A DNA stretch of 64,000 bases from an uncultured Actinomycetota bacterium (GTDB lineage: Bacteria > Actinomycetota > Actinomycetes > Actinomycetales > Dermatophilaceae), in assembly GCA_963770005.1 (NCBI GenBank), contig CAVYNX010000014.1, positions 7,108-71,107 of the forward strand, given 5' to 3'. The notes below the pieces were generated by a model, which was not told the DNA's origin, searched no databases, and was given only the letters and a program-made list of their open reading frames with translations. Every line of letters begins with the position of its first letter. Position 1 is the stretch's first letter. Of the stretch, positions 1-8,550 are shown piece by piece. A program made the translations under genes and the position numbers.

Positions 1-111
1 ACGGACGACCAGCTGGCCGCCCTGGCCAAGCTCACCGAGCGCTACTGCGTGGTGTGGCAGTCCCTCCGGCAGCCGCCCGAGGGCTCGGTCTCGGTGACCC
101 GGGCGGCGTGA
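1..111 (+). CDS. OsmC family protein, C-terminal fragment (truncated by window edge)
   Basis: Frame 1 reads TDDQLAALAKLTERYCVVWQSLRQPP...*, with TGA at 109-111. LTERYCVVxQ is typical of the OsmC-like C-terminus. Not in the ORF track. Confidence 0.65.
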   Translation, partial: TDDQLAALAKLTERYCVVWQSLRQPPEGSVSVTRAA

Positions 112-115
112 CCCC

Positions 116-902
116 GTGCGGGTCATGACGTGGAACCTCCTCACCGAGACCGCTACGCCACGCGCCGTCGTGGTCGGTACGCGAGCCCCGGCCGTCGCCG
201 AGCGCATCAGCGAGCTGGCGCCCGCGGTGCTGGGGACGCAGGAGGGGTCCCGCGCGATGCTCGACGACCTGGTGTCGCGGCTGCCCGACGGCTACCGCTG
301 GGTGGGTGAGGGCCGGCGCGGCCGGGGCCAGGACGAGCACGGCGCGCTGGTCTACGACGGCCGGGCGCTCACCCTGCTGGACCTGCGGCACCGCTGGCTC
401 TCGGCGACCCCGGAGCAGCCCGGGCTCGGCCGCCCCCGATGCGGACCTCCCGCGGATGCTGACCGCGGCGCGGTTCCACCACGAGGAGTCGGGGGCGGTG
501 CTCACCGTCATCGACACCCACCTCGACCACCTCGGCGCCCGGGCCCGGGTCGACGGCGCGGCCGTCGTCGCGGCGGAGGTCGCCGGTCCGACCGTGGTGC
601 TGGGCGACTTCAACGACCCCGCCGAGGGGTCCGAGGCCTACGCCGTCCTCACCGGTTCCGGACTGGTGGACGCGCTCGCGCCGCGGGACCGGACCTCGCG
701 CCGGCTGCGCACGTTCACCGGCTTCGACCCGGAGCTCGGGGGTGAGGGCGAGCAGATCGACTGGCTGCTCGTGACGCCCGACCTCACCGTGGCCGACGCC
801 TGGGTCGTCCCCGACCCGGCCGGTCCCGGCTCACCCTCCGACCACCGTGCCGTCGTCGCCGACCTCGTGGTGGCGGCTCAGGCCGGCCGGAACCAGAGGT
901 AG
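116..902 (+). CDS. Endonuclease/exonuclease/phosphatase (EEP) family protein, one frameshift near 425
   Basis: MRVMTWNL, LGTQE (ORF 116..745) continue into DTHLDH, VLGDFND, QIDWLL, SDHRAV (ORF 306..902). Confidence 0.85.
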
Positions 903-1621
903 ACCGCGAGCGCGAAGCCGAGCCCGGCGGCGATCCACCGCACCACCCGGCCCGGCAGCCGTCGGACCACGACCGGTCCGAGGGTGCTGCCGACCAGCAG
1001 CCCGGCGGCCAGCGGCAGCACGGAGTCCCACGGGACCGGCTGGACGAGGGTGAGGACGACCGCGGACGCGGCGCACGTCACGCCGACGACGATGTTCTTG
1101 ACGGCGTTGGCGCGGGCCACCCGGGCCTCGTAGAAGAGGACCGCCGCGAGGAACATCACCCCCGAGCCGGCGCCGAAGTAGCCGCCGTAGATGGCCACCA
1201 GCCCGACCGCCGCGCCGAGCGCGCCCACGCCCAGCTCGCCGCCCCGGCGTCGCGAGGCGAGCACCGGCTGGAGCAGCAGGACCAGCGACCCGGCCGCCAC
1301 GAGGAACGGCACCACGCGGGCGAAGACCGCCGACGGGGTGACGAGCAGCAGCAGCGCCCCCACCACGCTGCCGACCACCGCGACGGGCAGGAGCCGGAGC
1401 AGGAGCCGGCGGGTGCCGGTCAGCTCCTCGCGCGAGCTCACCGCCGACCCGGGGCCGAGCGCCACCGACGCGACGATGTTGCCGACGTCGGCCGACAGCG
1501 GCGGCACGCCGGCCGCCAGCAGCGCGGGGTACGAGACCAGCGACGTGATGCCACCCGCGCTGCCCATGACCCCGGCGACGATCCCCGCCGGGACGAGGAG
1601 GCCGACGGACAGGAGCGACAC
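878..1621 (-). CDS. Sulfite exporter TauE/SafE family membrane protein
   Basis: Hydrophobic ORF with AGGITSLVSYPALL and YGGYFGAGSG motifs. Confidence 0.85.
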   Translation of the reverse strand: MSLLSVGLLVPAGIVAGVMGSAGGITSLVSYPALLAAGVPPLSADVGNIVASVALGPGSAVSSREELTGTRRLLLRLLPVAVVGSVVGALLLLVTPSAVFARVVPFLVAAGSLVLLLQPVLASRRRGGELGVGALGAAVGLVAIYGGYFGAGSGVMFLAAVLFYEARVARANAVKNIVVGVTCAASAVVLTLVQPVPWDSVLPLAAGLLVGSTLGPVVVRRLPGRVVRWIAAGLGFALAVYLWFRPA

Positions 1622-1642
1622 GGTGGTGGGACCCGACCCGGC

Positions 1643-2548
1643 TCAGGCCGGGTAGGACGCTCCCCGGCAGGTGACGCGGACGGACAGCAGCAGGTGGGTC
1701 GCGGTGACGAAGATGACGTTGCCCTGCGGGCCGCCGAAGGTGAGGTTGGCGCATACCTCGGGCAGGAGCAGCTTGCCCAGCAGCGTGCCGTCCGGGTGGA
1801 CGCAGTGCAGCCCGTCGTGCCCGGCCAGCCAGAGGCGACCGGCGTCGTCGACCCGCACGCCGTCGAACCCGCCGGTGTCGGCGGTGACCAGGACCTCGCC
1901 GCCGGCCAACGAGCCGTCCTCGGTCACGTCGAACCGGCGGACGTGGTTCCGCTCCGAGTCGACGACGTAGAGCTCCCGCTCGTCGGCCGAGAAGGCCAGC
2001 CCGTTGGGCTGCGCGAAGTCGTCGGCCACCCGGGTCAGCGTGCCGTCGGGGTCGACGCGGTAGACGTGGCAGCCCTCGGTCTCGCTCTCGCCGCGGTGCC
2101 CCTCGTAGTCGCTGTGGATGCCGTAGCTGGGGTCGGTGAACCAGATCGAGCCGTCGGCCCGCTCGACGAGGTCGTTGGGACTGTTGAGGCGCCGGCCCTG
2201 CCACGCGTCGGCCAGCGTCGTCTCCCGGCCGTCCGGTCCTATCCGGGTGACGGACCGGGTGCCGTGGTGGCAGTGCACGACCCGGCCGCGCCGGTCGACG
2301 ATGCGGCCGTTGGCGTACCCCGACGGCGACTGCCAGGTGCCGACCGCGCCGGTGGTCTCGTCGTAGCGCAGCACCCGGTCGTTGGGGATGTCGCTGAACA
2401 GCACGCTGCGCCACAGCGGCGAGTAGGCCGGTCCCTCGAGCCAGCGGCCGTCCTCGAACAGCACCTCGACGTTGTGGTCTCCCCCGATCGGGGCGAACCG
2501 TTCGTCCAGGCGCTGCCACCGCGTGCGGATGCGGGTCACGGGCAGCAC
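1643..2548 (-). CDS. SMP-30/gluconolactonase/LRE family protein
   Basis: C-terminal part of ORF 1643..4762: WLEGPAY, FSDIPN, LNSPND, WFTDPSYG, QPNGLAFS, FDGVRVD. Start approximate (GTG 2548 or 2539). Confidence 0.9.
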   Translation of the reverse strand: MLPVTRIRTRWQRLDERFAPIGGDHNVEVLFEDGRWLEGPAYSPLWRSVLFSDIPNDRVLRYDETTGAVGTWQSPSGYANGRIVDRRGRVVHCHHGTRSVTRIGPDGRETTLADAWQGRRLNSPNDLVERADGSIWFTDPSYGIHSDYEGHRGESETEGCHVYRVDPDGTLTRVADDFAQPNGLAFSADERELYVVDSERNHVRRFDVTEDGSLAGGEVLVTADTGGFDGVRVDDAGRLWLAGHDGLHCVHPDGTLLGKLLLPEVCANLTFGGPQGNVIFVTATHLLLSVRVTCRGASYPA

Positions 2549-2600
2549 TGTACGTCCGGCCGAGCGTCCCGCTCCGGCGACCGCGGCCGGTCTGGCTCGG

Positions 2601-3432
2601 TCAGGCCCGCGCGAGGATCTCGCCGTTGACGACGGCGAACCAGCCGTCGGGGTGGGCCGCCCACTCCCGCCACGCCCGCGCCAGCTCGTCCAGCAGCTCG
2701 GGCGTCGCGAGGCCCACGGTCCACGGCCTGCTGCGCCAGCGAGGACTGGGTCACCCGGTCGGCCCACAGCCCGCCCCACCACGCCCGCTCGTCGGGCGTC
2801 GCGTAGACCCAGGTGCTGGCCGACGAGGTGACGTCCGCGAACCCCGCGGTATGCGCCCACGCCAGCAGGTGCCGGGCGCCGGACGGCTCGGCGCCGTTGC
2901 CGCGGGCGACGTCCTCGTAGAGGGCGAGCCAGTCGTCGAGGCGCGCGGAGGCGGGGTACCAGACCATCGCCGCGTAGTCGGCGTCGCGGACCGCGACCAG
3001 CCCGCCGGGCCGGCACACCCGTCGCATCTCCCGCAGCGCGGCCACCGGGTCGCTGAGGTGCTGCAGCACCTGGTGCGCGTGCACCACGTCGACCGAGTCG
3101 TCGGGCAGCTCGAGGTCGTACACGTCGCCGATCGCGAACTCGGTGGTCGTGTCGCCGCGGGCCTCGGCGTTGGCGCGGGCGGCGTCGAGCGGTTCGGGGA
3201 CGACGTCCAGCCCGACGACCCGGCCGGGGGCGACGGCCTCGGCGAGGTCGAGGGTGATGGTCCCGGGCCCGCAGCCGATGTCGAGCAGGGACATGCCGGG
3301 AGCGAGGTGCGGCAGCAGGTATGCGGCGGAGTTCGCCGCCGTCCGCCACTGGTGGGAGCGCAGCACCGACTCGTGGTGCCCGTGGGTGTAGACGTCCTGC
3401 GGCGTCGTCGGCGGGGTCGGCGGCTGGCTCAC
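2601..3432 (-). CDS. Class I SAM-dependent methyltransferase, frameshift near C-terminus
   Basis: YTHGHHESVLRSH, LLDIGCGPG, VHAHQVLQHL; the tail WREWAAHPDGWFAVVNGEILARA* is in another frame, ending at 2601. Confidence 0.85.
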
Positions 3433-3505
3433 CGGACCATCGTCCGCCGCGACGACGGTTCGTGCGGAACGCGACCGGATGGTGACCCGCCTCCCGTAGA
3501 TTTCG

Positions 3506-5266
3506 GTGGTGCTGCGCGTCGCGGCGCTCCTCGCCGCCCCGCTCCTCGGTCTCCTGGTCCTGCTGGGCTGGCCCGAGGTGGACGGGCGCTGGGAGCACCA
3601 CCCCTCCCACTTCTGGCTGGTCCTCGTGACGGGCCTGATCAACCTGGCCCTGGGGCTGGTGTCGGCCGACGCCGCCCGCCGTCGGGGGGACGCCCGGCTG
3701 GTGCTCGTCGGCCTGTCGTTCGTCGCGGCGGCCGGGTTCCTCGGCCTGCACGCCCTCGCGACCCCGGGCGTGCTGCTGCCGGCCTCGAACGCCGGGTTCG
3801 TCGTCGCGACGCCGGTCGGCCTGCTGATCGCGTCGGTGCTGGCCGCCGTGTCCAGCCTGGACCTGCTGACCATCGGACCGCGGGTCGTCGCGCTGCAGCG
3901 GCCGCTGACCTACGGGCTCATGGCGGTCATGGTCGTCTGGGCGGTGCTGTCCCTCACCGGTGCGCCGCCGCTCAACACCCGCCTCGACGAGGACGGGGCC
4001 AACGCCGTCCTGCGGCTGCTGGCCCTGCCGGGGCTGGTGTTCTACGTCGTGGCGTCGTGGCGGTACCTCGTGCTCTGGCGCGGGCGCCGGTCGTCCCTCG
4101 CACTGGCGCTGTTCGCCGCATACGTGCTGCTGGCCGAGGCCCTGCTGGCGGTGACCTTCGGCCGCAACTGGCACGCCTCGTGGTGGGAGTGGCACGTGCT
4201 GATGCTCGTGGCGTTCGTCATCGTGGCGCGGACCGCCCGGGTCGAGTACCGGCGCTCCGGGTCGTCGGTCGGCGCGTTCAGCGGGCTCTACCTGGACCAG
4301 ACCCTCAAGCGGGTGGACCAGCGGACCGCGGCCGGGCTCGAGCAGCTGGTCGGGGCGATCCAGCGGGGCGAGTCGACGACGCCGGTCGTCGACACCATGG
4401 TCACGCGGGACGGGATCTCCCGCGACGAGGCCAAGGCCCTGTCCACGGCGGCGCACGAGATCCACGACCTGGACGCGCTGTTCACGCCCTACGTGTCGCC
4501 GCAGGTCGCCGAGCGGCTGCGCGCCGACCCGAGCCTGGCCGCGCTGGGCGGCGTCGAGCGGCAGGTGTCGGTGCTGTTCGCCGACCTCCAGGGGTTCACC
4601 GCGTTCTCGGAGCACCGGTCCCCGGCTCAGGTGATCGCCATGCTCAACCGGTACTGGTCGGCGGCGGTGCCGGTCGCGACCGGCGAGGGCGGGTTCATCG
4701 AGCGGTTCGCCGGCGACGCGATCATGGTGGTGTTCAACGCCGCCGGTACGCAGCCGGACCACGCGAAGCGGGCGGTACGCGCCGGGCTGGGGCTGCAGCG
4801 CGCGGCGGCCGGGATCGCGGAGGACGACGCGTGGCCGAGGTTCCGGGTGGGGATCAACTCGGGGCGCGCCGTGGTCGGCAACGTCGGTACCGCGGAGCAG
4901 CGCTCGTTCACCGCGATCGGTGACACGACGAACCTCGCCTCCCGGCTGCAGGGCCTGGGCGGGCCGGGCCAGGTGGTCATCGGCGAGTCGACCCGTCAGC
5001 TCATCGACGACGACGACGCGCTGACGCCGCTCGGCGCCATCGAGGTGAAGGGGAAGCAGCAGCCCGTGACCGCATACCTGGTGCGGGACTCGGCCGCCGT
5101 CGCCCTGACGGTCAGCGGACCGCCGAGGGGAACGCGTCCCGCCACGAGCGGAGCGCGACGCCGCCCTGGTCGGTGCAGTCCACCGACTCGGCGGCGAGCA
5201 GCCCGTGCGCGATGGCCCGGGTCACGCAGTCCCCGGCGGCGGTCATCAGCAGGAACTGCTCGGTGA
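3506..5266 (+). CDS. Membrane-anchored class III adenylate/guanylate cyclase
   Basis: About 7 predicted TM segments, then VLFADLQGFT, RFAGDAIM, RVGINSG, IGDTTNLASRLQ, VKGK. The true stop is probably near 5110; the ORF tail overlaps the convergent gene. Confidence 0.85.
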   Translation: MVLRVAALLAAPLLGLLVLLGWPEVDGRWEHHPSHFWLVLVTGLINLALGLVSADAARRRGDARLVLVGLSFVAAAGFLGLHALATPGVLLPASNAGFVVATPVGLLIASVLAAVSSLDLLTIGPRVVALQRPLTYGLMAVMVVWAVLSLTGAPPLNTRLDEDGANAVLRLLALPGLVFYVVASWRYLVLWRGRRSSLALALFAAYVLLAEALLAVTFGRNWHASWWEWHVLMLVAFVIVARTARVEYRRSGSSVGAFSGLYLDQTLKRVDQRTAAGLEQLVGAIQRGESTTPVVDTMVTRDGISRDEAKALSTAAHEIHDLDALFTPYVSPQVAERLRADPSLAALGGVERQVSVLFADLQGFTAFSEHRSPAQVIAMLNRYWSAAVPVATGEGGFIERFAGDAIMVVFNAAGTQPDHAKRAVRAGLGLQRAAAGIAEDDAWPRFRVGINSGRAVVGNVGTAEQRSFTAIGDTTNLASRLQGLGGPGQVVIGESTRQLIDDDDALTPLGAIEVKGKQQPVTAYLVRDSAAVALTVSGPPRGTRPATSGARRRPGRCSPPTRRRAARARWPGSRSPRRRSSAGTAR

Positions 5267-6164
5267 GGTCCGGTTCGGGGCGCTCGCCGGTGGCCATGGC
5301 GAAGAGGGTGTCGCCGTCGAACAGCGTGTGGACCGGGTTGATGGCGCGGGCCATCCCGTCGTGACCCATGCCCGCCACCTTCTGGCACTGCGCCTTGGTC
5401 AGGGTCGCGTCGGTGGCGATGAGGCCGATGGTCGTGGCCTGGGCCAGCCGCATCGCCCGGGCGGCGGACCGCTCGGCGTACGCCCGCGCCTCGGCCACCT
5501 CGTCGGCGCTGGGCATCCCGATGTGGTCGAACTCGCCGTCGAGACCGTGCCGCACGGCGTACAGCTCGCCCGTCCTCGGGTCGACCGGCGAGCCGACCGA
5601 GTTGACGGCGACGATGGCCGCGACCGTGGTGCCCGACGGCAGCACCACGCTGGCCGTGCCGATCGCCCCCTTGTAGCCGCCCGAGCTCGCCCCGGTCGCC
5701 GCCCCGAGCACGCCCTGCTCGACCGGACCGCCGGAGGCCGTCGCATACGCCGCCTTGCCGTCCTTGCGCGTGGGGTGGTGGTGGAACGTCCCGCCCCGGC
5801 CGAGGTCGAAGAGGATCGCGCCGGGCACGATCGGGACCACCTGACCGGGGCCGCCGATCTGCCAGCCGTGGCCGTCGGTCAGCAGGCTCTGGACGATGCC
5901 GTCGGCGGCGGCGAGCCCGAGCGCCGAGCCGCCGCCGAGCATGACGGCGTTGACCCGGTCGACGAGGTTGCGCGGGTCGAGCAGGTCGGTCTCCCGGGTG
6001 CCGGGGCCGCCGCCGCGCACGTCGACGCCGCAGACCGCGCCGCCGGTGGGCGCCAGGATGACGGTGGTGCCGGTCAGCCAGCCGGGCTCGCGGCGCGTCG
6101 AGTGGCCGACGCGCAGGCCGGCGACGTCGGTGAGCGAGTTGGTCGGGCCGGGCTGCAGGGTCAC
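5112..6164 (-). CDS. P1/S58 (DmpA-like) peptidase
   Basis: DVAGLRVGH, GVDVRGGGPGTRETDLL, GGSALGL, TIGLIATDA, HTLFDGDTLF. Confidence 0.9.
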   Translation of the reverse strand: MTLQPGPTNSLTDVAGLRVGHSTRREPGWLTGTTVILAPTGGAVCGVDVRGGGPGTRETDLLDPRNLVDRVNAVMLGGGSALGLAAADGIVQSLLTDGHGWQIGGPGQVVPIVPGAILFDLGRGGTFHHHPTRKDGKAAYATASGGPVEQGVLGAATGASSGGYKGAIGTASVVLPSGTTVAAIVAVNSVGSPVDPRTGELYAVRHGLDGEFDHIGMPSADEVAEARAYAERSAARAMRLAQATTIGLIATDATLTKAQCQKVAGMGHDGMARAINPVHTLFDGDTLFAMATGERPEPDLTEQFLLMTAAGDCVTRAIAHGLLAAESVDCTDQGGVALRSWRDAFPSAVR

Positions 6165-6195
6165 GCCCCGCAGGCTAGAGCCTCGGGTTGTCCGC

Positions 6196-6489
6196 TCAGA
6201 CGTTGATGCCGAGCCGGCGGGCGCTGCGGGCGCGCTGCCGGGAGGCGCGCAGCCGGCGCAGCCGCTTGACGAGCATCGGGTCGGCCTCGAGCGCCTCTTG
6301 GGTGTCGATGAGGGCGTTGAGCACCTGGTAGTAGCGGGTGGCGCTCATGTCGAAGAGCTCCTTGATCGCCTGCTCCTTGGCACCGGCGTACTTCCACCAC
6401 TGCCGCTCGAAGGCGAGGATCTCCCGGTCGCGTGCCGCCAGGACGCCGTCGCCGGCACGTGTCGGTTCCTCGTGTCGCTGCGCGTCCAT
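6196..6489 (-). CDS. DUF3263 family protein (Rv0430/NapA-like)
   Basis: REILAFERQWWKYAGAKEQAIKELFDMSATRYYQVLNALID...DPMLVKRLRRLR. Confidence 0.9.
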   Translation of the reverse strand: MDAQRHEEPTRAGDGVLAARDREILAFERQWWKYAGAKEQAIKELFDMSATRYYQVLNALIDTQEALEADPMLVKRLRRLRASRQRARSARRLGINV

Positions 6490-6498
6490 GGTGGCCAC

Positions 6499-6529
6499 AC
6501 TATAGGGGGGAATGACAGCCGTGTCATTC
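6499..6529 (-). promoter_or_regulatory. -10 box TATAGT plus operator-like palindrome GAATGACA-N4-TGTCATTC
   Basis: Perfect 8-bp inverted repeat at 6510-6529, just upstream of TATAGT (6499-6504, minus strand) of the DUF3263 gene. Confidence 0.55.
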
Positions 6530-6540
6530 GCCGCGAGCGT

Positions 6541-7901
6541 TCAGGACATCGTGTCGAGGATGGCCAGGATGTCGTCCTCGGTCGTCGTCGGGTTGACGAT
6601 CGCGAACCGGGTGACCGTCTCCCCCTCGTGCGTCGTCGGCACCACGAAGGCGAACTCCTCCGCCAGCAGCCGGTCGGACCACGCCTGGTAGTCGGCCGGC
6701 TCCCAGCCGACCCGCCGGAACACCATCACCGACAGGTCCCGCTCCCGCAGCAGCTCCAGCCGCTCGCGCCGGCCGATCTCGGCCTCGGCGAACCGGGCGA
6801 CCTCCAGCGTGCGCTCGACGGCTCGCGAGTACGCCGCCGTGCCGTGGACCGCGATCGAGAACCACAGCGGCAGCCCTCGGGCCCGCCGGGTGAGGCCGAC
6901 GGAGTAGTCGGTGGGGTTCCAGTCGAGGCCGTCGGTGAGCACCTCGAGGTACCCCGCGTGCTGGGTGTGCGCCGCGCGGGCCAGGGCGGGGTCCCGGTAG
7001 ATCAGCGCGCAGCAGTCGAACGGCGCGAACAGCCACTTGTGCGGGTCGACGATGAACGAGTCGGCGCGCTCCACACCGGTGAACAGCGGCCGGGCGGACG
7101 GCGCCGCGAGCGCCGCACCGCCGTACGCGCCGTCGACGTGGAACCAGATCCCGAGGTCCGCGCATACCTGGCCACCGAGGCGAGGTCGTCGACGATGCCG
7201 AAGTTCGTCGTGCCGGCGGTGGCGACGACGGCGAAGAAGGTGCGCGGGTCGTTCTCCTCGAGGGTGCGGCGCAGGTTGTCGCCGGTGAGCCGCCACCGCT
7301 CGTCGGCCGGGACGGTGACCAGCTCGGCGTCCATGACGTCGCAGGCCGACTGGATCGACGAGTGCGCGCCGTAGGTCGCGGCCACCCGCCAGGGTCGGAC
7401 CTCGGACCCGTTCTCCAGGGCGTTGTGGCGGGCGGTGTGCCGGGCGGCGACGAGGGCGGAGAGGTTCCCGATGGTCCCGCCGGGGACGAACGCGCCGCCG
7501 GCCTCCGGGGGCAGGCCGGCGAGGTCGGCGATCCAGCGCAGCGTCTCGTTCTCGGCGTGGACCGCGCCGGAGCCCTCGAGCCAGGACCCGCCGTAGATCG
7601 ACGAGGCGCCGACGACGACGTCGAACGCGGCGGCCTCCTGGGTCGGGGCGCAGGGGATGAACGACAGGTAGCGCGGGTGGTCGGTGGACAGGCACGACGG
7701 AGCCAGGACGTCGGCGAACACGTCGAGGGCCCGGGCGGCGCCGAGGCCGCCGGGCGTCAGCGTGGTTCCGGCCTCCTCGACCAGCTCCTGCTCGTCGAGC
7801 GGCCCGTCCAGCGGGACCGGGTCGAGGCTGAGCCGGTCGGCGGCGTAGGCGAGGATCGCGTCCACGTCGGCCGGCGCGAGCGGCTGGTCGAAGCGGTGCA
7901 C
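6541..7901 (-). CDS. PLP-dependent (group II) amino acid decarboxylase, frameshift near 7165
   Basis: DHPRYLSFIP, GGTIGNLSAL, AHSSI, TAGTTNFG; then WFHVDGAYGG and DPHKWLF (PLP lysine) in the second frame. Confidence 0.9.
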
Positions 7902-7966
7902 CGGCCGATCGTATGCGCGCCGCCCCCGCGTGCCGTCCCGTTCCCCGGCCACCCCCCGGCTTGGGT

Positions 7967-8040
7967 GGGGTTGACGCAGCGTCGAGTGGGTTGACTCACC
8001 CTGCAGCCCGAGTCAACCCGCTCGACGCTGAGTCAACCCC
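7967..8040. repeat. Long palindromic (REP-like) element, copy 1
   Basis: 31-bp arms (29/31 complementary) GGGGTTGACGCAGCGTCGAGTGGGTTGACTC / GAGTCAACCCGCTCGACGCTGAGTCAACCCC around a 12-nt loop. Confidence 0.9.
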
Positions 8041-8087
8041 CGAAAACGGGGGGCCGGGGTCGGGTGGGACGCCGCTAGCGTCGCCGG

Positions 8088-8486
8088 ATGGGCGCGGTGG
8101 ACGAGATGGACGACTCGATCACCCGTTACGTCGTCCGGCACTACCGGTTCGACCCCGACCGCCGCGAGCGACGGCCGGTCGTCGTCGGGGTCTACGACAC
8201 CGAGCGCGAGTGGCGCGCGCACCTGGACCGGGTGACCGCCGACATCGGACGACGGCGCGCCGCAGGCGAGCGGGTGGACCGCCGCGAGCACGCAACGGGC
8301 GGCATACTCCGGCCGGGCGACCGGGAACGTGCGGCGACGGCGCACCTAGTCCGACGGGCGATGGAGCACGGCGTCCATCCGGCCACCATCCTGCGCGAGC
8401 GCGAGCTGCCGTCGAGCATGGTGGTGTTCGGCGTCGACGAGTCGGGCGAGAGCTTCTCGTTCGGCGGCTCCGCCTCAGACGGTTGA
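8088..8486 (+). CDS. Hypothetical protein, 132 aa
   Basis: Protein-like ORF (YVVRHYRFDPDRRERRPVVVGVYD...) with GC-rich third positions. TAGCGT -10 box 6 nt before ATG suggests a leaderless mRNA. Confidence 0.7.
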   Translation: MGAVDEMDDSITRYVVRHYRFDPDRRERRPVVVGVYDTEREWRAHLDRVTADIGRRRAAGERVDRREHATGGILRPGDRERAATAHLVRRAMEHGVHPATILRERELPSSMVVFGVDESGESFSFGGSASDG

Positions 8487-8550
8487 CGCAGCGTCGAGCG
8501 GGTTGACTCACCTTGCAGGCCGAGTCAACCCGCTCGACGCTGCGTCAACC
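8481..8550. repeat. Long palindromic (REP-like) element, copy 2
   Basis: Perfect 29-bp inverted repeat with a 12-nt loop; 66/70 identical to copy 1 and in the same orientation. Confidence 0.9.

Noticed and set aside
7967-8550. CRISPR array or integron attC interpretation of the paired palindromes
   Set aside because: Only two 70-bp units separated by about 440 bp, and no cas or intI gene. GTT lies at the 5' end and AAC at the 3' end, opposite to the attC RYYYAAC...GTTRRRY order.
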